Shown here: positions 19,612 to 27,611 of the stretch, in pieces
Layout of the letters: each line of letters begins with the position of its first letter
Numbering within the stretch: position 1 is the first letter of the stretch
Assembly: GCA_964453525.1 (NCBI GenBank)
Contig: CAYVOV010000003.1
Span: 2,099 to 66,098 of the forward strand
DNA from: an uncultured Dehalococcoidales bacterium
Lineage (GTDB): Bacteria; Chloroflexota; Dehalococcoidia; Dehalococcoidales; UBA2162
Length of the DNA stretch: 64,000 nt
Reading direction: 5' to 3'
Program-made: the position numbers and the translations under genes
The notes under the pieces: generated by a model
Told to the model about the DNA's origin: nothing
The model's database searches: none
The model's input: the letters and a program-made list of their open reading frames with translations, nothing else

Positions 19612-22413
19612 ATGGTTACTAAACTAACACCTTGGAAAGATGCTATAACACCACACCCAGATGTAGCTTCTGGTAGATATCTGCAGGCAGAATTTGCTGC
19701 TGACTTAGCTCAGGTACTTGAGGGTCGTGCTGATCCTGAGTACCAAGCTCCTGTCGAGTTCTATAATCGCACCTACATAACCTCCGGAATCAGGGGTCTG
19801 TTACGCTCAGCACTGGAGCGTCTTACTGGAAGTTGTGGCGAACCAGTAATCCAACTCAAAACCTCCTTCGGCGGCGGCAAGACACACAGTATGCTGGCGC
19901 TTTATCACCTGCTATCTGGTAATAAGCAACTGCTGAAGCTCAATCCGATTAAAGACTTATTAAAAGAAGTTGAGCTGGAAACTATCCCTAAGGCGGCATG
20001 TGCAGTGTTGGTTGGAACATACCTGGATCCGACAAGAGGGCAGCCTAAGGAGGAACTCGGGGGAGGTGAACTACGTACTTTATGGGGCGAGATGGCTTTT
20101 CAGCTCGCCGGGGTGAAGGGCTATCGTCTAGTCGATGAAGCAGACGCTAGTGGGAATGCTCCAGGTGGTAGGACTCTTGACCAACTGTTCAGTATGGTCG
20201 GCCCGTGTGTAATCTTAATAGATGAGCTAGTAGCATATATACGCAATATTGGACGAAGCCGTGGTCTACCTGGAGGAACCTTTGATTCTAACATGACATT
20301 CATACAGAATCTAACTGAATCCCTAAAAAGGGCTCCGAATGCTGTACTGGTTGCTGCCATACCGGAATCAAACATCGAGGTTGGTGGCCCAGAGGGTCTG
20401 CAGGTTCTACAACGTGTTGAGAAGACCTTTGAGCGTATATCAATTACCTGGACACCAGCAGAGGCTTACGAATCTTTTGAAATTGTTAGACGTAGGCTTT
20501 TTAGCGAGATACAAGATGAAGGCGCTAGGGAATCAACATGTGCTGCTTTTAGTCGCCTTTATCGCAGCAATTCAAATGATTTTCCAATCGAGTGCCGAGA
20601 GGTTGAATATGAAAGGCGGATGCAGGCCAGTTACCCAATTCATCCTGAAGTCTTTGATCGCCTATACGATGATTGGTCAACCTTGGAACGATTCCAGCGG
20701 ACAAGAGGTGTCCTAAGGCTGATGGCAGCTGTTATCCATCAACTATGGCAAGCAGGTGATGCCTACCCAATGATTATGGCAGGCTCCCTTCCCCTGTATG
20801 CTCCTCCGGTAAGAGATGAATTACTGAGATACCTTAATGACCAATGGACTCCTGTATTAAACGAAGTGGATGGCCTAGAATCTGAAGCTGCCCGAATTGA
20901 TAGTGAAAACCAAAGATTTGGCCAAATTCAGGCTGCCCGACGCCTTGCACGTACGGCATTTTTAGGAAGTGTGCCATTCAAGGCTACACGAGGTATTGAA
21001 GACGTGCGTGTTCGGCTTGGTGTTGTACAACCGGATGAATCAATATCTACCTATAATGATGCACTTGGACGCTTGCAGCAACGGCTTCAGTTTCTATACA
21101 CATCTGGTCAAGGTAGATATTGGTTTGATGTACAGCCTAATTTAACTCGTACTGTGGCCGATCGCTCATCACGTGTTTCAGAAAAAGAAATATATCACCA
21201 TCTTGAAGATGAACTGATTGGAATTATACGTAGTAAAGGTGATTTTGCTGGCATACATGTATGTCCTGAGAATACAGCGGACGTTCCGGATGAACCAGCG
21301 GCTCGCTTAGTAGTTCTCTCTCCTAGTTATCCCCACAAGCGTGCTAATGGTGAAAGTGCTGCTTTAACCCAGGCAAAACAAATTTTGGAGAATCGAGGTA
21401 ACTCACCAAGACGCTATAGGAACATGTTGGTCTTTGTTGCTGTTGATGAAGATGCCATCCAGATTCTAACGGACGAAACCAGACGCTATTTAGCCTGGCT
21501 TTCGATTCAGAAGGATTCCTTGGCATTGAACCTTGACAGAGCGCAGGAAAGACAAGTTAAAGAGGCTGTCGACAAGGGAGATAGGACTATTGCTGCTCAG
21601 CTTGACTCTGCTTATCAATGGGCCCTATCACCTAAACAAGAAGGAACCGGCCCACTTGAATGGGAAACTATCTTGTTGAAGGGTAATGACCTTGGGTCGA
21701 CGGGAGGATTAGTACAACGTGCATCGTATAGATTACAGAGCCAAGAGCTTCTCATTACAAGCTGGTCTCCAATTCATTTGTGTCGAGAATTAGACCAGTA
21801 TTTATGGAAAGAAGGGCAATCTCATATTAGTGTCAAACAGCTCTGGGAATACTTTGCCACATATCCATATCTCTCAAGACTTAGAGACCACGATGTTCTT
21901 TTAATGACTATTAAAGCAGGTGTTGTAACACGCGATTTCTTCGGATACGCAACTGGAGTTAAAGAAAAGAAAGGGTCAGAAGCCCCAGATTACATAGGAC
22001 TTACATTTGGGGGAATACCCCCTGGTGTTTACTATGATGAGAGCAGCGTATTAGTGAGGCCAAAAGTCGCTGAAAAAAGCATAAGAAAGGCTGAGATGAC
22101 CAGTGAAGAAGGTACTCAAGTTAAAACTGGTGAGACTGGAACGAAAGAGGAAGTAGAAGATAGGGTCGTTGTAAAAGCACCAAAGCGATTTTATGCTACC
22201 GTTCGCCTGAACCCAATGAGAATGTCAAGTGAAGCTGGAACCATTGGTCAGGAAGTTATACAACACTTACAAGCACTGCTTGGTGCAGATGTCCAAATTA
22301 CCCTAGATATTGAGGCGAATGTACCAGAAGGTGTTCCGGACCAAATCATTCGAATTGTGTCTGAAAACGCTCGGACTCTAAAATTTGAGAGCTTCGGATT
22401 TGAGGAAGAATAA
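19612..22413 (+). CDS. DUF499-family ATPase
   Basis: N-terminal LTPWKDAITPHPDVASGRYLQAEFAADLAQV. Walker A SFGGGKTHS. Walker B VILIDELVAY. Starts 1 nt after the methylase stop. Confidence 0.8.
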   Translation: MVTKLTPWKDAITPHPDVASGRYLQAEFAADLAQVLEGRADPEYQAPVEFYNRTYITSGIRGLLRSALERLTGSCGEPVIQLKTSFGGGKTHSMLALYHLLSGNKQLLKLNPIKDLLKEVELETIPKAACAVLVGTYLDPTRGQPKEELGGGELRTLWGEMAFQLAGVKGYRLVDEADASGNAPGGRTLDQLFSMVGPCVILIDELVAYIRNIGRSRGLPGGTFDSNMTFIQNLTESLKRAPNAVLVAAIPESNIEVGGPEGLQVLQRVEKTFERISITWTPAEAYESFEIVRRRLFSEIQDEGARESTCAAFSRLYRSNSNDFPIECREVEYERRMQASYPIHPEVFDRLYDDWSTLERFQRTRGVLRLMAAVIHQLWQAGDAYPMIMAGSLPLYAPPVRDELLRYLNDQWTPVLNEVDGLESEAARIDSENQRFGQIQAARRLARTAFLGSVPFKATRGIEDVRVRLGVVQPDESISTYNDALGRLQQRLQFLYTSGQGRYWFDVQPNLTRTVADRSSRVSEKEIYHHLEDELIGIIRSKGDFAGIHVCPENTADVPDEPAARLVVLSPSYPHKRANGESAALTQAKQILENRGNSPRRYRNMLVFVAVDEDAIQILTDETRRYLAWLSIQKDSLALNLDRAQERQVKEAVDKGDRTIAAQLDSAYQWALSPKQEGTGPLEWETILLKGNDLGSTGGLVQRASYRLQSQELLITSWSPIHLCRELDQYLWKEGQSHISVKQLWEYFATYPYLSRLRDHDVLLMTIKAGVVTRDFFGYATGVKEKKGSEAPDYIGLTFGGIPPGVYYDESSVLVRPKVAEKSIRKAEMTSEEGTQVKTGETGTKEEVEDRVVVKAPKRFYATVRLNPMRMSSEAGTIGQEVIQHLQALLGADVQITLDIEANVPEGVPDQIIRIVSENARTLKFESFGFEEE

Positions 22414-22446
22414 TCATTGCATTCGGACACTGCAGTTTGCCGTAAC

Positions 22447-22821
22447 TTAGCTTCCGATATGCCGCGCGCCCAATTCTTCTATTTCTTTTCGAGACCGAAC
22501 CACATTTTGGGGTAAACCAACAACCTTTGACTCTGAATAGGCATTACTACTAACTATCGTCCTTACTTGCTTTCCAATACTGCGACTATACTGGGTAAGG
22601 TCTTCCATTATTCTTAGTTGCTTAGCGTATAGGTCTACTATTGGCTTGAGCAAAGTTACCACCTGCTTGACTGCGTCTTCCACTTCACTCAGTCTCTGCT
22701 CAGTGGCTAGTCGAGCAGGTGTGTCTTGGGTAGTAGTCATCTGGTGGACAAACGTTTTGTGTCCCCTCAAACCTTGGGTATTCTTAAATTCTCTTCCGCA
22801 AATTTCACACTTAACACTCAT
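22447..22821 (-). CDS. classical C2H2 zinc-finger protein
   Basis: KCEICGREFKNTQGLRGHKTFVH fits Cx2Cx3Fx5Lx2Hx4H exactly. Starts 18 nt after the integrase B stop, on the same strand. Confidence 0.6.
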   Translation of the reverse strand: MSVKCEICGREFKNTQGLRGHKTFVHQMTTTQDTPARLATEQRLSEVEDAVKQVVTLLKPIVDLYAKQLRIMEDLTQYSRSIGKQVRTIVSSNAYSESKVVGLPQNVVRSRKEIEELGARHIGS

Positions 22822-22839
22822 TAGATTCCTCCTTAATAA

Positions 22840-23745
22840 TTATGTTTTCTCGTTTAAGAGAGAAGCCGGATAAAACTTCAGGCTATCATCAAAATCTACT
22901 GAACGGGTATACCGCTGCACCATTTCCAGGGATTCCCATCGTCCTAGATCTTTAATGGTCATGGTGTCTACTCCGGCTTTCCGAAGCAGACAGGCAAAGG
23001 TTCTCCTTAATGAATGAGCGTTACAGGTTATGCCTGTCTCTTTCTCAAGCCTGCGGAGCATCGAAGCGATTCCCCATCCAGTCAGCCCCCAAATGTTGCT
23101 ATCGCCAGGTTGGTACTCCTGTAGCCAGGCTCTCAGGTATTTTTCTGTCAGGTCACCGAATGCTGCATAAGCTTCCTTCCTCCCTTTTCCCAGTATTCGA
23201 ATAGTCCTGTTTGACCAGTTGATATGTCCAAGTAGAATATTCGCAAGCTCCGATAACCTTAATCCGCTCTCAACGAACAGGGCAACAATGGCTTTATCCC
23301 TTACGGAAGCCGCTTTTTCGATAAGGATAAGCACCTGCTCTTTTACTAACGCAGGAAATATAGGTTTACCCAGGATTGGAGCTGGCATACCCTCCATTGG
23401 ATTCGGAATGCCGTACTCACGGTTCAACCATTTATAGAGAGCTTTGATTGCCCGGTATGAAGCATGACGATTTCCCAATCCGTATTTATTAGGAGGAATA
23501 GTATTCAAGTACCGTTGTATATCTTGGCGGGTGGCATGCAGGATATCGACAGCACGGACTAACTTTGATAAGCGCTCACGATAATACCTGAAGGTCTTCG
23601 GGCTTACCCCCATTGATTCCCGCGATTGCAGGAATAACTCTAGGTAGTCCTTGTCCTCCACTTTGTGGCGCTTTAAATAGTCTCTTAGCGACATATAACG
23701 CTCTTGCAATAATGTTTGTGCCAACCGTGAGCTTACATAACGCAC
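22840..23745 (-). CDS. tyrosine recombinase (integrase B), intact
   Basis: 301 aa with its own ATG. RLSE, HSLRRTFA, LGRWESLEMVQRYT. Paralog of integrase A. Confidence 0.9.
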   Translation of the reverse strand: MRYVSSRLAQTLLQERYMSLRDYLKRHKVEDKDYLELFLQSRESMGVSPKTFRYYRERLSKLVRAVDILHATRQDIQRYLNTIPPNKYGLGNRHASYRAIKALYKWLNREYGIPNPMEGMPAPILGKPIFPALVKEQVLILIEKAASVRDKAIVALFVESGLRLSELANILLGHINWSNRTIRILGKGRKEAYAAFGDLTEKYLRAWLQEYQPGDSNIWGLTGWGIASMLRRLEKETGITCNAHSLRRTFACLLRKAGVDTMTIKDLGRWESLEMVQRYTRSVDFDDSLKFYPASLLNEKT

Positions 23746-23840
23746 GCTCCAGCTATAAATATGATATACTAGATTTAGAATATGAGGGGACGAATAATGT
23801 CTGTTAAATGGTTAAACTCTGGCTAATTTAGGGATAAAAA

Positions 23841-24467
23841 ATGAAACCACGGAAACCTAGTTGGTTTATAACGAATGTGCCTTGGGAGACCAAAAAGACA
23901 ATCTGGAAACTCTGGGAATCCGGAGTTACTATTATCGATACACTTGCCTATCTTGATGAGGATTCGCAAGTACACCCTGTGTTTAGTCGGCATACAATCA
24001 CCAGAGTGAGAAAGGAGTTAACAAAACTTCCTCTCGGTAAAATCACACAGCTACTATCTGAACTACCAGAAATAAAAGAATTTGTTGTAGAACTCAGACC
24101 TGACTACGCAGAGTATGAGTTGCATGAAGAGGAACAACGAGTTCAAGATTCTAACGAGCTTACGACTACAGCCTTAGTAATTGCTTCCAATCTTGGGAAA
24201 TATCGCAATGAGAACGCTGCTTATCGAGGTACTGCTATGGATACGGTGGGAGAACTAGTATATGGAGGCCAGTGGATAGGTGAACAACTGGCTAAGTTGG
24301 GAGACGTAGATAGGGCTTCAGCCGCCGAACTGCTGAAGCAACTGAAAGAGGAAGGGGAATTTCTTGAATTGGTAGCTATTGAGGATTGGGCTGAATTGAC
24401 AGACGATAAAATTACCGAGAACTTTATTCAGCGACTTATCGCTAGAGCACACAGAGGTAATTTCTAG
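23841..24467 (+). CDS. hypothetical acidic protein
   Basis: 208-aa ORF, no family recognised. Confidence 0.35.
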   Translation: MKPRKPSWFITNVPWETKKTIWKLWESGVTIIDTLAYLDEDSQVHPVFSRHTITRVRKELTKLPLGKITQLLSELPEIKEFVVELRPDYAEYELHEEEQRVQDSNELTTTALVIASNLGKYRNENAAYRGTAMDTVGELVYGGQWIGEQLAKLGDVDRASAAELLKQLKEEGEFLELVAIEDWAELTDDKITENFIQRLIARAHRGNF

Positions 24468-24552
24468 AGTGTATATCTTACAATTATTAATGAAAGTGAC
24501 AGCTAATTTTGAAGCTAGTATATTTATAGCTGTAGATAATATACGCTAACTG

Positions 24553-24581
24553 TTGACATACCTCCTTGAATGGTGTATTAT
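24553..24581 (+). promoter_or_regulatory. sigma70-like promoter
   Basis: TTGACA (24553-24558), 17-bp spacer, TATTAT (24576-24581). Confidence 0.45.
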
Positions 24582-24650
24582 TTTAGATGAGGAGTCAATT
24601 CTTGACTGCGCAGCAAGTTTGATACCTCAATGAATTGGAAAGGAGGTATC

Positions 24651-24812
24651 ATGGGTAAAGGAAAAGGTGGTAGCAGCTCGGCCAACCGTAATAACCAGAG
24701 AGCGAATGTCCATAATCCCAACAGCCCTGCCCACAAAGCGGCGAGAGACAACCGTAGCACGCAGCTTAACCCTAATAGTGCTGCCTATCGTAGCTCTCGG
24801 CAGGGTAAGTAA
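24651..24812 (+). CDS. small Asn/Pro-rich basic protein
   Basis: MGKGKGGSSSANRNNQRANVHNPNSPAHKAARDNRSTQLNPNSAAY. ATG 24651 follows aaggagg. The track start at 24630 is less likely. Confidence 0.4.
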   Translation: MGKGKGGSSSANRNNQRANVHNPNSPAHKAARDNRSTQLNPNSAAYRSSRQGK

Positions 24813-24862
24813 AGGATTAGGATAGGGGATATGGCTCCAGGTCTCTAACAGGAGGAAGTCTA

Positions 24863-25585
24863 GTGACACCGAAGAAAAGCGGGAAAAAAGGAATATACGA
24901 ATTTATGCCGTCCAGTATAGTGGAAATCCGCAAGCGCCTGAAATTATCTCAGGCTGCTATGGCGGATCTTTTGGATGTTCCTCCTAATACCCTTTCGCGG
25001 TGGGAGACCGGAGCCACTGTCCCCGACGCCAATTATCTTGCGCTAGTATACTCAGTAGCAAAAGAACACAATATTACACCGGTTTTCTTCGGCATACGTC
25101 GGGAATCGCAGCAGACTCAAAAATCTCGCTATAGATTAATCGTAATGTGGGATTTTCAGACCCTAGGAGTACCTGCAGACCAGGTTACTCAAGCTGACAC
25201 CTGGATTAGAACAGAAGTGCAAAGGAGATTCAGTGGGGTAAGCTTTCAGTTATTAAAAGCGTTTACGTACCCATATCAATCAAACGCGGCAGATATACTG
25301 GAAGACCTTGGTTGGCGTGTGTGGGAAGATGACACCGGCATAAGAGATGAAATCATTGACCAGTCACGTAGCGATAGCGGGCAGGAACCCACTGGTACTA
25401 TACTGGTGTTAATTACGCGGGACAATGGTTTTACTGACCTAATAGATGACCTGAAAGCACAGGGTGTACGGGTTTACCTGGTAGCTCCAGAATACTCGAG
25501 CCAAGAACTTATTGAGAAGGTAGGCCGCAGGCGCTGGATTCAATGGGAAAGAAGTGACTTTCCACTTTTGCCTTTACTATATTGA
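24863..25585 (+). CDS. XRE-family HTH fused to NYN/LabA-like (PIN-related) domain
   Basis: LKLSQAAMADLLDVPPNTLSRWETG (HTH_3). RLIVMWDFQT ... ILVLITRDNGFTDLIDDLKAQGVRVYLV (NYN pattern). Confidence 0.6.
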   Translation: MTPKKSGKKGIYEFMPSSIVEIRKRLKLSQAAMADLLDVPPNTLSRWETGATVPDANYLALVYSVAKEHNITPVFFGIRRESQQTQKSRYRLIVMWDFQTLGVPADQVTQADTWIRTEVQRRFSGVSFQLLKAFTYPYQSNAADILEDLGWRVWEDDTGIRDEIIDQSRSDSGQEPTGTILVLITRDNGFTDLIDDLKAQGVRVYLVAPEYSSQELIEKVGRRRWIQWERSDFPLLPLLY

Positions 25586-25635
25586 GCTATAGGAATAACG
25601 TATAATGATTCATTAAATAGTGAGGGAGGGCCACG

Positions 25636-26250
25636 ATGAGTGTCATAGATAACTTAGACTATAAGTCACCACTTATGCCGATTAAAGGATTATCTGAGTT
25701 AATCCCGGGCCCTTTAAGCAATTCTATAAGCAATTTTCGTAAGTATATCGCTTTAGCTAAGAGTAACATCATAGTAGGATCCTCTAAGATAGTACCGGGA
25801 GAACTAGGTTATCTTGCTAATAGAGATCTCCACAAAGGTGAAGAGGTATTTACAGTATTTGGTACGATAATTGGCCATCAAACAGAACAGCACTCTATTC
25901 AAATAGGATACGGAGTCCACATTGACCCACATACATATGGCGGACGTTACGTAAACCATCACTGCGAAGGAAATCTTATTATTAGATGGGATAATAGAGG
26001 GCTGCACCATTTCATAGCTTCGAAAGATATAAAGGTGGGCCAGGAAATATCCTATTCATATTGGAGAACCGAGCTTGAATGGAGTGAACCCGCTTCGGAG
26101 AATAAAGTTCGGTGTTCGTGTGGTTCACCAAATTGTACTGGTAATATATTATCCTTCCGTCAACTCTCACGTATGGAGAAAAAAAAGGCTTTTACGGAAG
26201 GTGGTATTGCGTGGTACCTATTTCAAGAGCTTGGAAGACCTGCAACATAA
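25636..26250 (+). CDS. SET-domain protein (lysine methyltransferase fold)
   Basis: GRYVNHHCEGN (NHSCxPN-like), EISYSY, post-SET CSCGSPNCTG. Confidence 0.7.
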   Translation: MSVIDNLDYKSPLMPIKGLSELIPGPLSNSISNFRKYIALAKSNIIVGSSKIVPGELGYLANRDLHKGEEVFTVFGTIIGHQTEQHSIQIGYGVHIDPHTYGGRYVNHHCEGNLIIRWDNRGLHHFIASKDIKVGQEISYSYWRTELEWSEPASENKVRCSCGSPNCTGNILSFRQLSRMEKKKAFTEGGIAWYLFQELGRPAT

Positions 26251-26355
26251 AATACATAAAGATTTGTGTAATTAAAGGTAATAAGTCCCATTTCCTTGTA
26301 AAGCTGAATGAAAATCCCTTATCTTCCACTCACTGAATAAAGAAGAGGAGGGAAA

Positions 26356-27174
26356 ATGAAACACAAAATGGAGCAACTTTGGATTTGGTTGGTCAGCAGA
26401 CCACTTGAACAAAGAATTCGAGCAGGAATTCTAACAGGTGGGTTTATATTCATCCTAATATATGTCCTATTATTTCTCCGTCAAAAGGAAGTATTTCTAG
26501 GTATAATCGCCTACTTTGGCTTTTGGCTTACTACTGAGACCTACTTGTGGAGTAAAAAAATTGAGAGATCACGCTTTGGCAATGAGAAAAGGCATGAATT
26601 CATTACTAACAAGATATTTACGGATATTCAACGTAGAATAGAACACGACGATCCCGAATTACAGATAGTATTGGCCACTTTGAATATCGAAGATCCAAGT
26701 CCCTATGAAGTTGAGTTTTTCTCCCGCAGTTATAAGGACAATATTAAAGATAACCCAGATGTATGTATGCAACGTCTGCATGAGGATTTCGACAATTACC
26801 TCAACTGGATGGAAGGTCTAGCAGTTTTGTGGAAAAAGGGGCTAATAGATGATGATGAACTCAAAGGACTTTGGAGCTACTACATGAAAAGACTAAGGGA
26901 GGCCGAAATAAATGAGGACACCTTGAAACAATATCTTAAAGATGTTTGGAAGTATGATGAGGTAAATGTTAAGCAGTTTTGTGGTTTACGTAGAGAGCAA
27001 ATCCAAAACAAACCTGCAACATGTCCCATAGAGAATAAGTTTATAGATCCGATTACAAGACCCATTTGGTTTTATATAAACAATCCGCTTTATGATTTTG
27101 AATTGACGCTAGTGGAATTAGCTAAGCACTGTCACGAACTTACGAGAAAAACTCAAGTTAAAAAACTTGATTAG
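26356..27174 (+). CDS. membrane-anchored hypothetical protein
   Basis: 272 aa. Two N-terminal hydrophobic helices (GILTGGFIFILIYVLLFL, LGIIAYFGFWL). Confidence 0.35.
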   Translation: MKHKMEQLWIWLVSRPLEQRIRAGILTGGFIFILIYVLLFLRQKEVFLGIIAYFGFWLTTETYLWSKKIERSRFGNEKRHEFITNKIFTDIQRRIEHDDPELQIVLATLNIEDPSPYEVEFFSRSYKDNIKDNPDVCMQRLHEDFDNYLNWMEGLAVLWKKGLIDDDELKGLWSYYMKRLREAEINEDTLKQYLKDVWKYDEVNVKQFCGLRREQIQNKPATCPIENKFIDPITRPIWFYINNPLYDFELTLVELAKHCHELTRKTQVKKLD

Positions 27175-27270
27175 AGAAATTAGACTAAAAGTTAAGCAGT
27201 TTGTTAAGCAAAATTGAGGCTAAAATCGCGAATTTTGTTAAGCAAACTGCTGAGTATACTGAGTAGCTGA

Positions 27271-27380
27271 AAGGAGAACCGTTAAAAATGAGGAAAATTA
27301 GCCTCAAAAATGGTGAGCCGCGGAGGACTCGAACCTCCAACCGGCTGATTAAGAGTCAGCTGCTCTGCCAGTTGAGCTAG
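27271..27380 (+). other. detached 5' module of integrase A (RBS, ATG, 8 codons) reading antisense through tRNA-Lys
   Basis: AGGAG at 27272-27276, ATG at 27288. MRKISLKN then enters the 45-bp repeat in frame. In the integrated state the frame stops at TAG 27378-27380 (30 codons). Confidence 0.7.
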
Positions 27381-27386
27381 CGGCCC
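27311..27386 (-). tRNA. tRNA-Lys: tRNA-Lys (anticodon CUU), CCA encoded
   Basis: Manual cloverleaf: acceptor GGGCCGC/GCGGCTC, D arm GCTC-AACTGGCA-GAGC, anticodon arm GCTGA-CTCTTAA-TCAGC, T arm GGAGG-TTCGAGT-CCTCC, ACCA tail. 76 nt. Confidence 0.9.
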
Positions 27387-27611
27387 ATGCTTAACAAGTC
27401 TATCATTTATACTAAAATCAGGCAAGAATTGCTACTTTTGATACTTGACATATATACAAATGGCTGAAATAATTTTTAATAAAGGGAATAATCAGACAGA
27501 ATAAATACGGAAGAGATAAGAACTCTTCCGTAACCTTTACGTCTGTATTCTGAATATTATGCTATTAAGGCCAGTATACCTTAAAGAAATGTACCCGTAA
27601 TGGAGTTATAA

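Larger units (their letters stand above)
4050..27355. mobile_element. tRNA-Lys-integrated genomic (defence) island, 23.2 kb between repeats
   Basis: Perfect 45-bp direct repeats, one of them inside an intact tRNA. Two tyrosine recombinases. Cargo of helicase/methylase/ATPase/nuclease genes. No phage structural genes. Confidence 0.8.

Noticed and set aside
13333-22413. Classification as BREX, DISARM or a type I restriction-modification system.
   Set aside because: I could see no PglZ, BrxC/PglY, DUF1998, PLD or HsdS-like gene. The DUF1156/DUF499/SNF2-DUF3883 trio is its own class.
4050-27355. Prophage interpretation of the island.
   Set aside because: No terminase, portal, capsid, tail or lysis genes are recognisable. 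The cargo is defence and regulatory genes.
27509-27530. Hairpin cggaagag-ataagaa-ctcttccg as a terminator.
   Set aside because: No gene ends upstream of it on either strand, and there is no convincing U-tract on the plus strand. It is probably just 5'-UTR structure of the kinase gene.
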